A stretch of 64,000 bases of DNA from Camelus ferus (GCF_009834535.1 NC_045696.1:19780001-19844000), one strand, 5' to 3'. Shown: positions 26,767 through 40,099, counted from the first letter of the stretch. Translations and numbers: made by a program. Notes: generated by a model not told the origin, from the letters alone.

Positions 26767-26844
26767 GCTGGGAATCTTCTTTTTAACCGTGATGATGGGG
26801 AGGTCTGAATATGTGGAAACATTAGCTTATCGTATTCTGGAAAG
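26767..26844 (-). other. Candidate 78-nt exon (unverified)
   Basis: Minus strand ttgtcttcctccag|CTTTCCAGAA...TTCCCAGC|gtaagt; phase 2-2 frame open (FPEYDKLMFPHIQTSPSSRLKRRFP); unique sequence with retained CpGs. Confidence 0.3.
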
Positions 26845-27670
26845 CTGGAGGAAGACAACATATACATGAACACCAAGTTCCTCAGTTAGAGAGTTTGTTT
26901 GTTTGTTTTTTGAGAAAGTGAGTTTTACAAAGATAGCACTTTTTGAAGATAAGAAATGAATGTGTCCTCTGACACAGCTCCACAGCTCTACCCCAAAACC
27001 CTATTATAACCAATAGTAACAAGCTGATGTGCTACAGTCCAAATCCCCATGATCATACAAACATATACAAACAAAATAAATATAAATACATATATTGACA
27101 TTGTGTTTATCAAAATAGAATTATTCTACAGATACATTCACTTAATTATTTCTCTTCTATATCATGAATTTGTTTTCAAGTAACTTATAGAAGTCTACTT
27201 TTTTCTTGCCCAAAAGTAATTTGATATTTTTATCTAATTAATGTAATTGGGGAATTATATTAGATTTATACAAAGAAGGGTTATCAGTGTTTGAAAAGTG
27301 GCCTGCAGAAAGGTATTATGATGAAAGGTTTATACAGAATGTTTTAGATTTCAATTTCTGAGTAAGAATAGGTTTTGGATTTTCCTAAAGTTTCCTAGAC
27401 ACACTGAGAAGAATTCAGCGAGAGATTTTTGGAAAATGCTTATTCTTAAGATAATCCCCATAATTCCAACATCTATGTGTGTCACAAACATAATGGAAAA
27501 TTCATTCTCATAATATTCATTTACTTAGTTCTTGTATTTTACATGTAAATATGGTGCACAGTTCCCTTTTGATGTATGTTTATAAAGAGTTCATTTTTTC
27601 CTATAAAAAGTATTTTTCAGCAATGAATTTTTAATCAAAGTATTATTATCCCTCGCATGCCAGCTTTAAA

Positions 27671-27812
27671 TTTTTCTTTTGGCAGTGGAGGTAATTCAGT
27701 TTATTTATTTGTTTGTTTGTTTATTTATATTTAATGGAGGTACTAGGAATTGAACCCAGGACCTTGTGCATGCTAAGCATGTGCTCTACCGCTGAGCTAT
27801 CCCTTCCTCCCA
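27671..27812 (-). mobile_element. Camelid tRNA-Ala-derived SINE (vic-1 type)
   Basis: Same family as 10532-10666; perfect 11-bp TSD CCAGCTTTAAA at 27660-27670 and 27813-27823. Confidence 0.92.
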
Positions 27813-30479
27813 CCAGCTTTAAAGATAATTACATCTGATAATTAAGTTTTATATTTACACATATTGCCTAATAAAATACATACTCTCTAGTAAATTTTCA
27901 TGTTTAAATAACTTTGGATTTAAAAAATATTTATAAAAAGTTACTAATAACTTGTACATGCAGATAACTCCTTTCTTGATAATTTATATTTGAGATGTGT
28001 ATAAACCTACTTAACTCGATGCACATATTTGTAAAGATTTCCAATAGCAAGGAAACATTTAGATAACATTAAAATACCAAGCTCAACAGATAAGGTATGT
28101 GTAACATATGCCACACTTATGTTGTGGTTCTCTCAAAGTGCTAGGATCAAATGAGTACTTTCAATCAATAACAAAGTAATTTGGGATGTCCATGGAAACA
28201 TTAAGGTCCCCCCAAAATGCTGTGAGTACATTATACACTTACCATAAAATTTTAGCTTCCTTTTCATACATCTATCATTTCAATGGAATATACTTGTAAC
28301 ATCTTTAAAACGCAGCTGATTCTAAAATCATGCTTAATTCCTACATATTTTTAAGTGAAAGACTCAGACAACTGGGAAAGCCAAAAAGTTAAAATGAACC
28401 ATTAGGTAATTAATTTTACAATGTTACTTGGTATCTATATTGAATTTTCCTGTACACAGAAGCATCATTGCTAGCATGGCTAAAGGTTATGGCTTAACAG
28501 CTACATTGTTTCTTAACGGACAGAAAACTACCACCAATAAAGATAGCAGAAGCAACAACAACGGTAACAGCAAACAAATAATTGTTTGCATTAGACATCT
28601 TAAAAACATACATACGTTATGGGAAAACAATGCATTCCAAGTCATGAGTACTACACGCAGAATGGTTCAAATCAGGATTCAATTCAAAGCGTGCTGATAT
28701 TTACAAAAATGAAACCAATCCCACTGTCAATGAAGTGTATCCCCACGAAAAGAAACATGTTCAGAGACTGGAATTTGATTATAGAATCAAGCATGCATTG
28801 ACTTGTAAAGAAGATGATAAACTTATCAGCAAAAGGTGAACATTTTTAACATTTTGAATTTTGCCAAACCGCATTGCGAACATCCCATGAGGAAACATCG
28901 TCCTTGTGTCCCTAATTTGAAATTCACTTACTGATCATGGGGACACTAAAACAAGGACACTCCCTGCTCAGTAAATCTGGAGACAGGTCACAGAGGCATC
29001 TGTTCTCCATATACCTATTTAATGAGGTCATTTGGTACACATGCCATGCATTGGGGAATGCTTAATTTTTATTAGTAGCATTAATCTAGCTAAGAGTTAG
29101 TGAATTAAAATTATCTTTGAAATGAAATAGAACACTCCTTTGTCTAATTTGCTCAAATTTATTGATCTATAACTCTTATGCATAAACCACTTTGTGACTG
29201 GCTAAGAATAAATATATTAGTCTTAGTACACATTCCTACCTAAATAACCAAGCACTTTTGTGCCCTTGAACAATAATTAGAACTCAACAGATTTTGAAGT
29301 ATGAACATTGAATTGCCTAGTAATAGCCATCCTCGATGATTTGAGAATCTGGAGACTCTGCTGTAGATGGATTCCAGGAATAACCTTTCAAGCTATCATA
29401 TTTAATAGCGAGGGATATTTACATGAATAGAAACATCATAAAGAAGAGTCACCTATTCAAAAAGGAAGAGAATAAAAATGTTCCTGCAATGCCATCATGC
29501 TTACAGTTTATGTTTTGACCGTGGACTTTGTTTAAAGTATCTGTTGCTTTGGTGGGTATTTTTTAGGGGGCTTTTGTGATCCACAGATCAGGTATAAATG
29601 GAAGCAATAAAGCTTCAGTTTTTTAAGCCTGGGGTTCATCTGGCTGATTGAAAAAGCCCAGTCCTATATAATTTGGGGTTTTCATGTCAATGTTTGCATT
29701 AAATGGAACTCAAGGAACAGAAGTACTGTTGGGCTATTATTTCCAAAATTTCCTATTATTTGGAAGTGGGATTTGACCCTAGAAAAGAGGTGATGGTAGA
29801 GTTAAGTAAGCTGTCCATTGACCAAGTTCTTATCTGATTTAATGTCTAGGTTAACATATGGGAAACTATAGTAAAAGCCCGCCACTACACAAAGTTGCAG
29901 TAAGCCAAAAGCCAGGTCTGGAGATCTGTGATTAACGTTTCTCAGTTTTGTGGAACACAAGGCAGGGATTTATTACCAGAAACTGTCAGTATGAATTCCT
30001 AGTAAACAAGCAATCAAACTGACAGAAAAACTACACTTCTCAGAGGGTTCTGAACCTACAGTAACTCCTAGAACGACTAGCATGGCTGGTGACCACTTGC
30101 ATGTGGGAGGCAGGATGCTCTTGGTGGAGAAAAAGGAAAAAAAATGAAGACAAACAGTAACAGGGGGCTGCACCAATACATCAATAAAAGAAAATAAGTG
30201 CAATTTGTACTGAGCACTGTGATTGGGAAGCTTTGGAGAAAAAAACATCTCAGAAGCCTTCGGCCAAGCACATTCCATAGACGTCCTAGGCCAGTCTTTT
30301 CAGAACACACAGAATAAAGACCAACATTGTTCTTCAAGACAGATGGACTGGATCTCCTTTTATTACACTGAAGCTTAGAGAACGGAAGGCTGATTAAGGT
30401 TATGTACTTGTATTAATGAGACAATTCTTAATATGTCCTTCAGGGGCTGGTGTAGTGTTACCCCTGTGTGCATTGCCAG

Positions 30480-30915
30480 CCTCATAGCCTCCACATGCAC
30501 CATGCGGTAGCCACCCGGACTTTATTGTATTTCCAGCAGGTACTAAAATCTCACAACTCAGGACCTTCATCAGTACTGCTCCTTCTATTGAGAACTGTGT
30601 CCCCCCATTATTCTTTACCAGGAATCTCCAAGCATCCTTCAGGTCTCAGGTGACATTATCACTTCCTGGATGTCCAACACTCCCCCACTCCCCCACCAAA
30701 TGACCCTTGTTATTACCTCTCATTATATCCTTTAATTTTGCTTCCTTCCTGGCTGATACCAAAATATCATTATCTGTATAAATATTTCATGCCTATATTC
30801 AGACCAGTAACCACTGATATAAGAAGCTTTTTACTTTTTTATTATTTTATCCCCCCAATTTAGCAATGTGCTTCAAATGACATTCTCAATAAAACTATTA
30901 AAATGCAAGTATATA
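30480..30915 (+). mobile_element. L2 relic
   Basis: tagccacccggact...ctcaggacctt...tccttcaggtctcag...atcacttcct...ctcaataaa. Confidence 0.65.
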
Positions 30916-31261
30916 TGAATCAGAATGAATACCACTGATAAATACTATGAAAAGTGTTGATAATAGTTTACTAAACACATATTTTACTAAATGAGATTTG
31001 ATCTTTTTTTGTTTTGTTTGTTTCTGGGTTCTTTTTTTTTTAATTTTCTTTAAAGTATTTCATACATGTTAAGGTGTGTATTCTATTAACTGGTGATTTA
31101 TTCTTTCCTCTGACAGTTAAATTTATACTTTTTTTTTTTTAAATTTCATTATTATACTTTTCATTATTTCCATGGTGCTAAGATTGTAAAGATAAGTAGT
31201 TTTCTGACTTGAGGGGCAAGAGTATTCAGCACTGATTTACAGGAATTCTAAATCTACTCAC

Positions 31262-31289
31262 CTGTACTACAGAACTGGTTTTGCCAGTG
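31262..31289 (-). other. Candidate 28-nt exon with strong splice sites (unverified)
   Basis: Minus strand long T/C tract ending ...tttacctag|CACTGGCAAAACCAGTTCTGTAGTACAG|gtgagt. Confidence 0.4.
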
Positions 31290-31750
31290 CTAGGTAAAAA
31301 AAAGAAAAAAGAATAGCAGAGTGAAATGGACTTTGGACTAAGAATAAAGCGCTAAGGTTATTTTGTTATGTTCGTGTTCTCTTTTAGAGCTTTTTTTTGC
31401 AGCGTAGATTTCAGTATGTTAAAATATAAGACTAAGAGTCACTGCAAAAATCCTGAAAATGCAAATGCTTCACATTTGGAGAAGTCATGCCAATGTTTTA
31501 CTTTTTTCATATATATTTTTTCATATGTATTTTATTTAGGATCATCCTCATTGCTTAACAAAGAACACAGTTTTTAAATGCTGATAAACTTACGAAGACT
31601 TTGCTTTTTGAAAATGATCATCTTAAGTGATTATTTTCAGTCACAGATAGGAGGGTTTTCTTTAGTAGGCAAGCTGTATTTGATCTCTTTACTGGTGTAA
31701 AGTTAAAAACAAACAGTGCATTTTTGCCTTTTAAGACACTCAACAGTTAA

Positions 31751-32107
31751 TGCGTCAGTTTGCTGGGGCTGCCATTCTAAAACACCATACACGGGGTGAC
31801 ATAAACAACAGAAACTTGTCTCCCAGTTCTGGAGGCGAGAAGTCTGAGATCAAGGTGTCAGGAGGACTGGTTTCTTCCTAGGGCTCTGAGGGAGAATCTG
31901 TTCCCAGCTTCTGGTGTTTTTCTGGCAATCTCTGGCACCCCTGGGCTTCTGCAGAATCCCCCAGATCTCTACCACCTTCTTCACATAGTGTTCTCCTTGG
32001 GCCACACCCACTCTCTAAATATCCCCTGTTTTTAAGGACACCATTCTCATATTGGGTTAGGGCCCATCCTAATGACCTCATTTTAATCTGATTATCTCTG
32101 TACAGAC
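31751..32107 (-). mobile_element. MaLR LTR (MLT1B/C-like), partial
   Basis: gggctgccat...aaacaacagaaa...cagttctggaggcgagaagtctgagatcaaggtgtca...taaggacacca...tagggcccatcctaatgacctcattttaa. Confidence 0.9.
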
Positions 32108-32129
32108 GCCCATCTTAAGTCAATTTAAA

Positions 32130-32310
32130 TAGTATGAAAGCTCTAAAAGGGTACCAGCTGTGCAACCAGACATAGTTTTGAATTTCAATTCAACTTTTTA
32201 ACTTGCCTAACAACCTAGGTGGAGCCGATTTCTGTCTCTGAGTTCCAGTTTCCTTGTAAGTAAAACAATATAAACTCTGCTCCTACTCATCACAATGTTC
32301 TAATCATTTA
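32130..32310 (+). mobile_element. MIR relic
   Basis: tctctgagttccagtttccttgtaagtaaaa...cctactca resembles the MIR core. Confidence 0.5.
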
Positions 32311-34159
32311 TGGATTAATTTATCTCCATCAGCTTCCTCTCTAGTTACTGAATCCTGAAAGAACAGGCAGGCTGTCCCTTTCACTGCCTAAGACTTGACA
32401 CTGAGTAGATGCTGACTGTTTCCTGGGGGTATACTGTAGTGGAATAACGAATGTGTGTTGAAGTGGTGATTTACCATTCAAATGCCTTTTGTATGTGATT
32501 TTATTACTGTAGTTAAAATATACGGCCCATGACTGTAATGTTCTGGATGGAGATGATCATTTCTATATACTCAGAGCAAAAATAACAGAAAAGCAAACAA
32601 AAATACTTTGAGATACTGCCATTAGTCAGCTTTCTTCAGATGGAGTAATTTTATGTCTACCCAACTACTATCCTTCACATTTGTTTATATTTCATTTATA
32701 GTTAAAAATAAAGCAAAACCTCTCTCTCCTTTAAGACTGTTTCCTCACTTAAAGCCCTCCTTCCTCCAAATTAAATGGTGTGACTTCACATGGGTCCACT
32801 TGTGATAACCAAGTAAACACAGGAGTGATATTTCACTTTATCACCGAGGTGAGGAGAGCTGGAATATCTGGATTAAAGTTGCCTACATGGTCTGTATTTT
32901 GTTAACTTTGTTCTATCCTATCCTTTCTACTGTGCCTGCTTTCCAATATAGAATATACGATGATAACCATCACTCCATTAAAGTCCCAGAATATTTCTGT
33001 GATATTATAGAATTAAATATCTGAACACTTTTAAATAACAATTATTTTTAAAATTCATTTTTAATATTTAATAGCCAATTAACAGAACTCAATAAAAGCA
33101 ATGCAGATTCTGTAAATAGGTGACCTTTAAGGCATAATCAGTTGTCCAACCAAATACATATTGTAAACGTCCAATGAATCCCAACAACAATTTAACTTCT
33201 ATTCTTTGGCCATGATACAGATTTCAAAAGAAATAGAAGGTACAAAAAGTGGATTGTGTGATTCAAGGATAAGTGGTAACATCTGTCTAAACTCCAGCTC
33301 ATCATTGAATGGATTAATTAAGTGTTTCCACTCAGATTCTCTATTGAGAGTTTCCTTTTTTTTTTTTTTTTTAACATAGAAAGCTCTCTTTCAATACAGC
33401 TAAGAAAGGGATCACAAATGCTTATCAAGTCTAGTGGCATAAAATGCATCTAAACCTAAATGGTCTTCTTTTTTATCTTTAAAACAACAAAAGCACACCT
33501 TACAATAGAAAAGAAAATGTGTTCAGTATCCATAACTTTGGTTGTTAACAGGAGCCAATTGACAATCAACTCAAGCCTCAGCAATAACTTGAAATGACAC
33601 CTAGGCTACATTTTTAAGAACACTTTGAAAGAGGCTGTTTAATATTTAATATGGTCTTTAACTCTCTTTCAGAACAGAAACATCATAGTGCCTGCAGATT
33701 ATGTAGATTGGTACCATTCAGGTGAGCTCTCCAGCCTCCCAGATAATGTCTACAGCTGGCTTCTTTGCTACGATTAACTACTCTGAACCTTTGCAACTTT
33801 TCAAACCTAATACTATGTTTACTCCCTTTCCACTCAGTGTCTTTATACCTTAGAGAGAAGAGGAACCTGTCAGCTGAGAAGATCTCTATGTACAAACTTA
33901 GTCTAGGGCCATCCTCACTTGGATTCTGACCTTCCCCCCCAGCACTTGGGGTTGCATGTATAATGCATGTATGATAAAGTCTCTTTACTTGGGCCCTGGA
34001 TAACTTGCCCTCCATTCAAGGGCCTTCTGCATTCAGTTCCTCATCATTTCATAGCTCCCACTTCTCCTGCACCTGCTGTAATGCTCAAGTTTGTCGCATT
34101 AAAATATGCCAAAGAACAGGCAAAAACTTTCTTCCCTTTCCCAATAAGAATATATAAAA

Positions 34160-34214
34160 ATACATACATATGCATGTATATATACACATACATACATATA
34201 TATACACATACACT
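34160..34214. repeat. Degenerate (TA/CA)n alternating purine-pyrimidine tract
   Basis: atacatacatatgcatgtatatatacacatatacacatatatatacacatacac. Confidence 0.85.
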
Positions 34215-35020
34215 ACTCATCCCCCATTAAAGTATGATTATTAAAAAAGAGACGCATCGCAGTATCCCAGTTTTATCACCTTCTACCTCTGCTTAACACT
34301 GCATGATAGATACATATCTTGCCATGACCATTTTAATTGGCATTTAATATTAATAATGCACCTCTATGTCTTAAAATTCTTGTTTCTGATAATCTTTTGA
34401 TGCCTAAAATTGTCTGTTTAAGAATATATTTAAAATATCTGTACAGAAAATCAAATGGGACAAATAACTCAACATATATCAACTGGTATTTTTTCTTCAA
34501 AAAAAATAATTTTTTAAAGAAAATGTTCCACAATCTAGATGATTTAGGTGAAGAAAGTACAGGTACACATATACAGATATGAGTATGCATTTATAACATA
34601 GTACATTTATATATCACTGAATGCCAGAATGGGTGTTAAAATGGTTTGACTATCAGTGATTATTTTCACCGATGGTATGATTATTTTACTGTTTTTCAAT
34701 AATGTGTTAAGTTGAAATGTATCAAAATGTCACTATTTTAAACTTGGTATTATGCATAAGAAATTATTTAAATTTAGTAGCAATGGAATAAACATACAGT
34801 TACTAGCATATACACAATAGCCATTCATTTACAAATATATGTCAAACATGTACAAACACAACCCTCACTGTGTAATTAGGTTAATTCAGACATGTGAATG
34901 GCATATTTCACATAATTAATTACAATCATACAAAATCCATAAAGTTGGGCATTTTCATACATGAAGAAACACACTGATACAAACAATTGTTCAGGCATTA
35001 CAACCTTTTAACTTCCAGAG

Positions 35021-35241
35021 CAGAATTTTGCAACTCTGGCCCTACCGACAATTTGCAGCAGATAATCCTTTGTTGACGGCAGTGGTGCTGTGCATGCCGG
35101 AAGATCAGCCGCATTCTTGGTCTCTGTCCACTATCTGCTAGTAGCACCCACTCACTCATGCATAGTTGTGACAGCCAAAAATACTTCCAGACACTGCCTA
35201 ACATCCTCTGGGGAACAAAACACTCCCATTGGGAACCACTG
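35021..35241. mobile_element. MER20 hAT-Charlie DNA transposon
   Basis: About 220 bp, cag...gaaccactg; gataatcctttgttg...agttgtgacagccaaaaatacttccagacactgcc; 8-bp flanks ttccagag/ttttagag. Confidence 0.9.
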
Positions 35242-35544
35242 TTTTAGAGCCTGAGAACATGTATTAGTTTAAAATCAAAGAGGATACTGTGCAAAACCAT
35301 TTTTAACCTGGTCAATAAAATGTGGCTTGTAAGAGAAACGCTATGTAAGAGATAAAGGCTACATTAATACACACAACAGGATTTTGTATTCTAAACATAA
35401 GAAGGTTCTTAGGTTAACATGGTCCCTAAATAGTGCGTCATTTAGTCCAGTGTTTCTATTTATAAAACACTCAGCCTAGACAACAGAAATAAAGTCTAGA
35501 ATGAAACAGTACTTCAATTTAAATTAAGCTTTTTAAAAACTGTC

Positions 35545-36268
35545 ATTTTCTTGTTTTAAGAACACATAGTATGAAATTTGCCTTCTTAACAAATGTTTCA
35601 GTCTATAATACAGTGTTTACTACAGGTACAATGTTGGACAAAGAGATCTCTAGGACTTAATTCATCACGCTTAACAGAAACCCATGATCCTTGATAAGTA
35701 ACTCCCCATTTCCTTCCATCCCCAGCAACTAGCAATCACCATTCCATTTTTTTTTTGATTCTATGATTTTGACTTAGATACCTCATATTAAGTGGAACTA
35801 TGTGGTATTTGTCTTCCTGCAACTGGCTTATTTCACGTAGCTTAAAGTCCACAAGGTTCATCCATGTGGTTGCATATTGCAGAATTTGCTTCTTTATTAA
35901 GATTGTCTAATATTACATTGTATATATACATATACCACATTTTCTTGACCCATTCACCTGTTTAGGACATTTTCACATCTTAGGAATAACACTACAATGA
36001 ATATGGGAGGGTTAATATCTCTGAGTTCCTAATAGCAAGTCTTTTGAGATAAACACCTAGGAAGTCAGACTGCTGGATCTTACGGTGGTTTCATGTTTGA
36101 TTTTTTGAGCAACCTCCATATTATTTCCCATAGCAGCTACATGATTTTTCATTCCCACCAACAGTGTATAAGACTTCCAATTTTTGCCAACAATTATTGT
36201 CTTCTGTCATTGTATTTTAATAATAGCTGTCCTGACAGGTGTGAGGTCATACCACATCATGGTTTTAA
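35545..36268 (-). mobile_element. L1 3' end (L1MA9-like)
   Basis: gatacctcatattaagtggaa...ctggcttatttcac...aggttcatccatgt...tgctggatcttacggt...cattcccaccaacagtgtataag...ctgacaggtgtgaggt. Confidence 0.9.
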
Positions 36269-37514
36269 ATTGAGCTAACCAAAAGTCACATCTTCTGAAA
36301 TTCTGAAACCCTCTATCTCTGCCCACACTATTTTTGTCCAATACCATGTCTCACTCATTTCCCCAAATCTGACTTAGTTAGCTTCAAACCTTAGCTTTAA
36401 GTATTCTCTTCTAGATCAAGTGTAAGGATCTTTTCCTGGCTTAAATCTGGCACTGTCCCTCCCTGCCTTCAGCCATAGGTCTCTTCTATTTCAAATAATA
36501 TGCATTAGATTAAAAAATACAAACATGCAAAAAATTTGATACATATAAGATAAAAGGAACTTCCTTTCAATCATAAAAAAGTCAAATATGTTACCTAGTA
36601 AATGAAACAGATAATGAAAACTAAAGTTGTTTTAAAAGAAATAATGTTCATGCCACAGGAAGAGAGAGTGATGGAGACTCACAAATTTAAACTCAGTTTT
36701 GAATGTCATATTTTAAACAACTATTGGAAATTGGTGACCATGGGTGGTCCTTCAAGCAGAGCACCAAAAAGTCTGAAAATAGTGTCATGCAGATTAATGT
36801 GGAAACAACAGTGTTTAGTGGGGTATGGTGGTAAGAAATGCAGTAAAGAATAAAAAGTTATCTTCAAATACTGAAAAAAATAGACTGTCAGAGGAAAAAA
36901 CTTATTCTTTTCTTTATTTATACACATGGAAAAACATGACCCAATGGGTCAATGCACAAGTGAAATGAAAACAACAAAAAAATTGTGTGAATTTAAAAGT
37001 AAGGCTGTTTCCACAAAATCTGAATGTAGGACTGACAAAATTATTTCAAAACCCATGTAAATCACATCCTTGACATAGCATACTTCTGATCAAAGCAGTT
37101 CACTGTATGTTCTTTTTATTTTTCTTTGAGTGTATCAGCAAATGTTTGGTGATGTCTTTATATAAATTAGACAATAAAACAGTGTTTGCGTTATTATAGA
37201 ATAGGTAAGTATTTAAAGATCTCAACATAATAAATGTGAAAACTGCTCTTAGGTATCCATGAGTACAGTGAAATAACATCACACAATACATAGACACACA
37301 CACACACTCAGCAACTGCATCCCAATATTTTTGAAAAACTACTAAAAGTGGGAACAAACTGCCATATAATCTTTCATGTTTTTTTCTTCCCTTTGATTCT
37401 TAGTGTAAAAGCTAGATTTTAGTGGTTTTTCTGAGGAAAATACTTGGGAGCCACTTTTGTACATTCTTTTTGTTAGGCGTTTGTAAACAATCCACCAGAG
37501 TTCCTGGGCATTAC

Positions 37515-37639
37515 CACTGATGCAGGTGGTTCTTGATGAAGTGTTAAGCATTATGTCCAACTGCATAGAAGGTGTTTTGATTGGGAGCAGGGCATTCTTT
37601 GCAAGAATGTCACGTTCTTCTGTTCCCAGCGGCTGAGGT
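37515..37639 (-). other. Candidate 125-nt exon (unverified)
   Basis: Minus strand ctccaactcctctctccttcattcag|ACCTCAG...CAGTG|gtaatg; lies inside the longest ORF of the track (154 aa); peptide not recognised. Confidence 0.25.
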
Positions 37640-39544
37640 CTGAATGAAGGAGAGAGGAGTTGGAGCTTCTGGCCTTGGGTAAGTAAAGCTAACATCTGAG
37701 GTGCAGCCAATTTAAAAAAAAAAAAAAAAAAGTTCTGAGGAGAGAAATGGCTATTAAAGGACTCCCAAGGAAATGAAAGGTCTGAAGTCTTCAGGAGCAC
37801 AGGCAACTGATACCTAGTTTCAGCTAATCAATGTTGTCATTGTATTATTTTATCTTCAACCCTTATGAAGAATCTTCTTAAAATGACAATTTTAAAATGC
37901 TTGGTTAAACGTAAGAGCATCACTTAAATGGAGAAGTTCCCAAAGAGATCAGTTATGACTGGGGAGAAATTCTGAGACCAGATGAGAGATGACAAGCCAC
38001 AGTCAGGAAGGATTTGTAGAACCTGTAAGTAGTTTGTCCCAACGAGGACCACTTATGCTTGTGAAATTTAAGTGTTCAGACATTAGGCAATAAAAGTAAG
38101 GGCTACTCCTCTGAAGTCTGGAAACCTTGAGAATAATAGGGCTATATCCATGATATCTTCAAAATGGATGGTTAAATCATTTTAAGTTGTAAAAGCAGAA
38201 TATATAACTGCTTCACTCATTGACAAATAATTGCATCTCTTTATAACATCACAATAGTTGTTGCAATCATGCTCTCTCCTACCCAATAATCTTTCAACTT
38301 TCATGTAACTGCTGCTGTGAATTCTTTATAATATTTTCATCAATGTTTAAAAGGTGAAATCTAAAGCATTTATAAAGGGAGCATTTTAACTCCTTCTAGA
38401 AGTGTGCTTTTAAGCCTGGATTTAGACAACTGGATCTTTCTTTCGATATTATAATTTGTTATAATATTAGAAAGTTTTCCTCTTTAAGGCTGTTTTCCTT
38501 AAAAGGGCATTTTACAAAGGAGTAGGATTATGTATAATAAACCAAAAATATCCATTCCAATATATTATTAAAGAAGTAGACTATAATGCCCCCAAAAATA
38601 GATGAGGGGAGGGAAGGAAGTAAAAAGAGTCAACAGTTTGGCTTCTTTCCTGTTACATGATTCCAGCTCTAATTACTGAAGGGTATACTTCCCAAATCTG
38701 CAGGTTCCCCTTGACCTTTTCATCATGATATCCTTATCCATCTCTGTTAATTCTCAGTTTTAAAACATTTCAATCAAAACTACACTCTGACTTTTCTGTA
38801 GCAGCAACAATTTGGTGAGTCAAGTAACCTTGGACGGAACTGACCCTGTCTTGCCTTTCAGAGCAGTTTTTTCTTTAGGAGAAGTAACAATAGGTCTTTT
38901 GTGACAAAAACAACAGATCTCTTTGTCACTTGGACCTCCACTGGCAATTACCCAGTTCCTTTAGTGCGTCTCTAGAGGAATTTCTGCAACTTGATAAATG
39001 AACTAGAAGAATGGGAAACATAATCCTACATATGTAAAATAATATTACACCATAGGGGGAAAAAAGAAAAAAATCAAATAAAAGAGATTTCCTCATTAAT
39101 TTCAAATGAAAGTCCACAATGATTCTGCCACTTCTGCTCAAAAATTATATTCAACACACGTTGTTAATCAAGGTCTATAGTCCTGGAAAATTTCATGATT
39201 AAATATGACAATCTGACTCCATGTTTAGATTTTAAAATGAATCCTCTCAGTACTCTGTACCACTTTTAATATATAAATACACACTGGGTTTTGATCTTTA
39301 ATTTTTTTTATTATGTTTACAGACAGTAGTTGGTTCATTGCAAATAAAAACACTTAAGCCTGAATTTCTGTCCCCAGAGAGAAAACTTAAATTCATCGGA
39401 TATAAACTATTGCTCAAATGAGGTACTTTAAGAAGAGGTGTACATTTTATTTTTATTCATCTTAATGGATTTCTAGTCCCACAGAAACGAGCAGTATACA
39501 TTAAGGGATGTGTAAGTGCAATGATAATTGTGATAAGAGTGGAT

Positions 39545-39715
39545 AATTACTGAACCTGGGATGTACCAGGCATTGTATTATCAGGGATTTTCTCTTTCAA
39601 TTCTTGTATTGTCTGTGAATTAGTCCCCATTATTGCTATGATTTTACAAATGAGGAAATGAAGGATCAGAAGTGGAAACTGACAGCTACAGGGCGATGAG
39701 GTTATAAGTTTAACC
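39545..39715 (-). mobile_element. MIR relic
   Basis: atgtaccaggcattgt...attttacaaatgaggaaatgaaggatcagaag. Confidence 0.75.
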
Positions 39716-40099
39716 CCATGGGTGGTGCTCCTGAGCTTTCTCCTGACCATTAACCTCTCCCAGTGTGTTCCATTTTGTTCTGAGATGTGATGTGCTTCTG
39801 TATGCACACACTGCTAGGGAGCAGTCCACGCTTCTGAGAGTTCATTACACCTCCCATCAACGAGCACAGACTCGGGAGGCAGTGGCCAAACAGGACTGCT
39901 CTCGAAGTAATTCAGGTTCCACATCATTACTCTCTACTTACAAATGTAACTTATTAATACATCAAAAACTATCATTATTTTTGTAAAGGAAGTCGTCACT
40001 GTGGTTTCCTCTTTATGGCTTACTGCATACTAACTTGCTGGATCAAGAGTTGATAAAGTTATTTTTAAATTATTCTTCCAAGTAGCCCAGTGGGTATAG

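Noticed and set aside
26789..26808. C/D box snoRNA (GTGATGA...CTGA)
   Set aside because: The boxes are only about 9 nt apart, far too short for a snoRNA
28932..28976. Minus-strand 45-nt exon candidate
   Set aside because: The sequence resembles an L2 3'-end fragment and the donor context (TCA|gtaagt) is modest; likely fortuitous
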